Both the position numbers and the translations under genes were made by a program. DNA of 64,000 bases. Source: a virus. Lineage: Duplodnaviria > Heunggongvirae > Uroviricota > Caudoviricetes. The stretch is taken from positions 24,956 to 88,955 of the IMG/VR virus record IMGVR_UViG_3300049014_000001; one strand, given 5' to 3'. Below the pieces are notes generated by a model. That model made no database searches and was not told the DNA's origin. It worked only from the letters and a program-made list of their open reading frames with translations. Shown in pieces: positions 63,768-64,000 of the stretch (the stretch's first letter is position 1; each line of letters begins with the position of its first letter).

Positions 63768-64000
63768 AATGACCACTCAACGTAACGAACCATCTTTCAT
63801 CGGCAACCTGTTCTGTTCCAAGCCTACCAGCGTCGATGCTGTGATGGATACCTTCCACAAGGCTATCGCTGATCTGGAAGCAGTTGAATCTCACTGCCGT
63901 AGTGCAGCAGCAGAGCACGCTCAGGCAATCAAAGAACGTGAAGCTCGTATGGCTGCTGCCGTAGTCGAAGCAGACCGTGCATCTACCATCGCTGGTAAGA
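63768..64000 (+). CDS. Hypothetical protein, N-terminal part (runs off right edge)
   Basis: Canonical UTR CTTAAGGAGAACACAATG; ORF open to the window end. Confidence 0.45.

Noticed and set aside
1-64000. CRISPR array, integrase with attachment site, or transposon ends
   Set aside because: No spacer-repeat periodicity, no tyrosine or large serine integrase, no terminal inverted repeats with flanking duplications were seen. The only recombinase is a small resolvase/invertase-type enzyme.

Overview
The window is a gene-dense, largely collinear segment of a large tailed dsDNA phage (Caudoviricetes-like), not bacterial chromosome. From left to right it contains: the N-terminal part of a terminase large subunit; minus-strand tail-fibre-like structural genes; a large tRNA array (about 20 tRNA or tRNA-like genes, mostly minus strand, 1.1-1.5 kb and 4.7-7.7 kb) bracketed by intrinsic terminators and an HNH endonuclease; an early-type region of small genes including a small serine recombinase and a SpoT-like HD hydrolase; two AT-rich non-coding islands (13.3-14.6 kb with GTGCC-N3-GGCAC palindromes; 19.9-20.7 kb with seven DnaA boxes plus five 23-bp-phased iterons); a minus-strand block of small unknown genes; and from 24.7 kb a long plus-strand replication and nucleotide-metabolism module (ATP-dependent DNA ligase, RNA-ligase-like protein, SleB-like hydrolase, ThyX-like protein, T7 gp4-like primase-helicase, HD 5'-nucleotidase, UvrD-like helicase, family A DNA polymerase, SPFH lipoprotein, SSB, flap endonuclease, EndoVII-like HNH, metallophosphatase, MazG, class I RNR NrdB/NrdA/NrdH with a T5orf172 insert). 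The right end (55.1-63.6 kb) is an NAD/ADP-ribose-focused accessory island: HAD phosphatase, NADAR, DUF4326, SLOG/DUF2493, tandem paralogues, a Prs-family pyrophosphokinase, a Nampt-family phosphoribosyltransferase, a vWA protein and a macro domain. Plus-strand genes share a conserved sigma70-like promoter (TTGACA-17-TAAGAT/TACAAT) and a stereotyped 5' UTR (AACCAAC(T)TAAGGAGAA). The best candidates for new biology are the NAD+ reconstitution/ADP-ribose-reversal island, two class II-scaffold tRNAs carrying Lys(UUU) and Thr(UGU) anticodons, and the DnaA-box/iteron origin-like locus. All calls come from reading motifs in the sequence; nothing was searched against databases, and the tRNAs were folded by hand.
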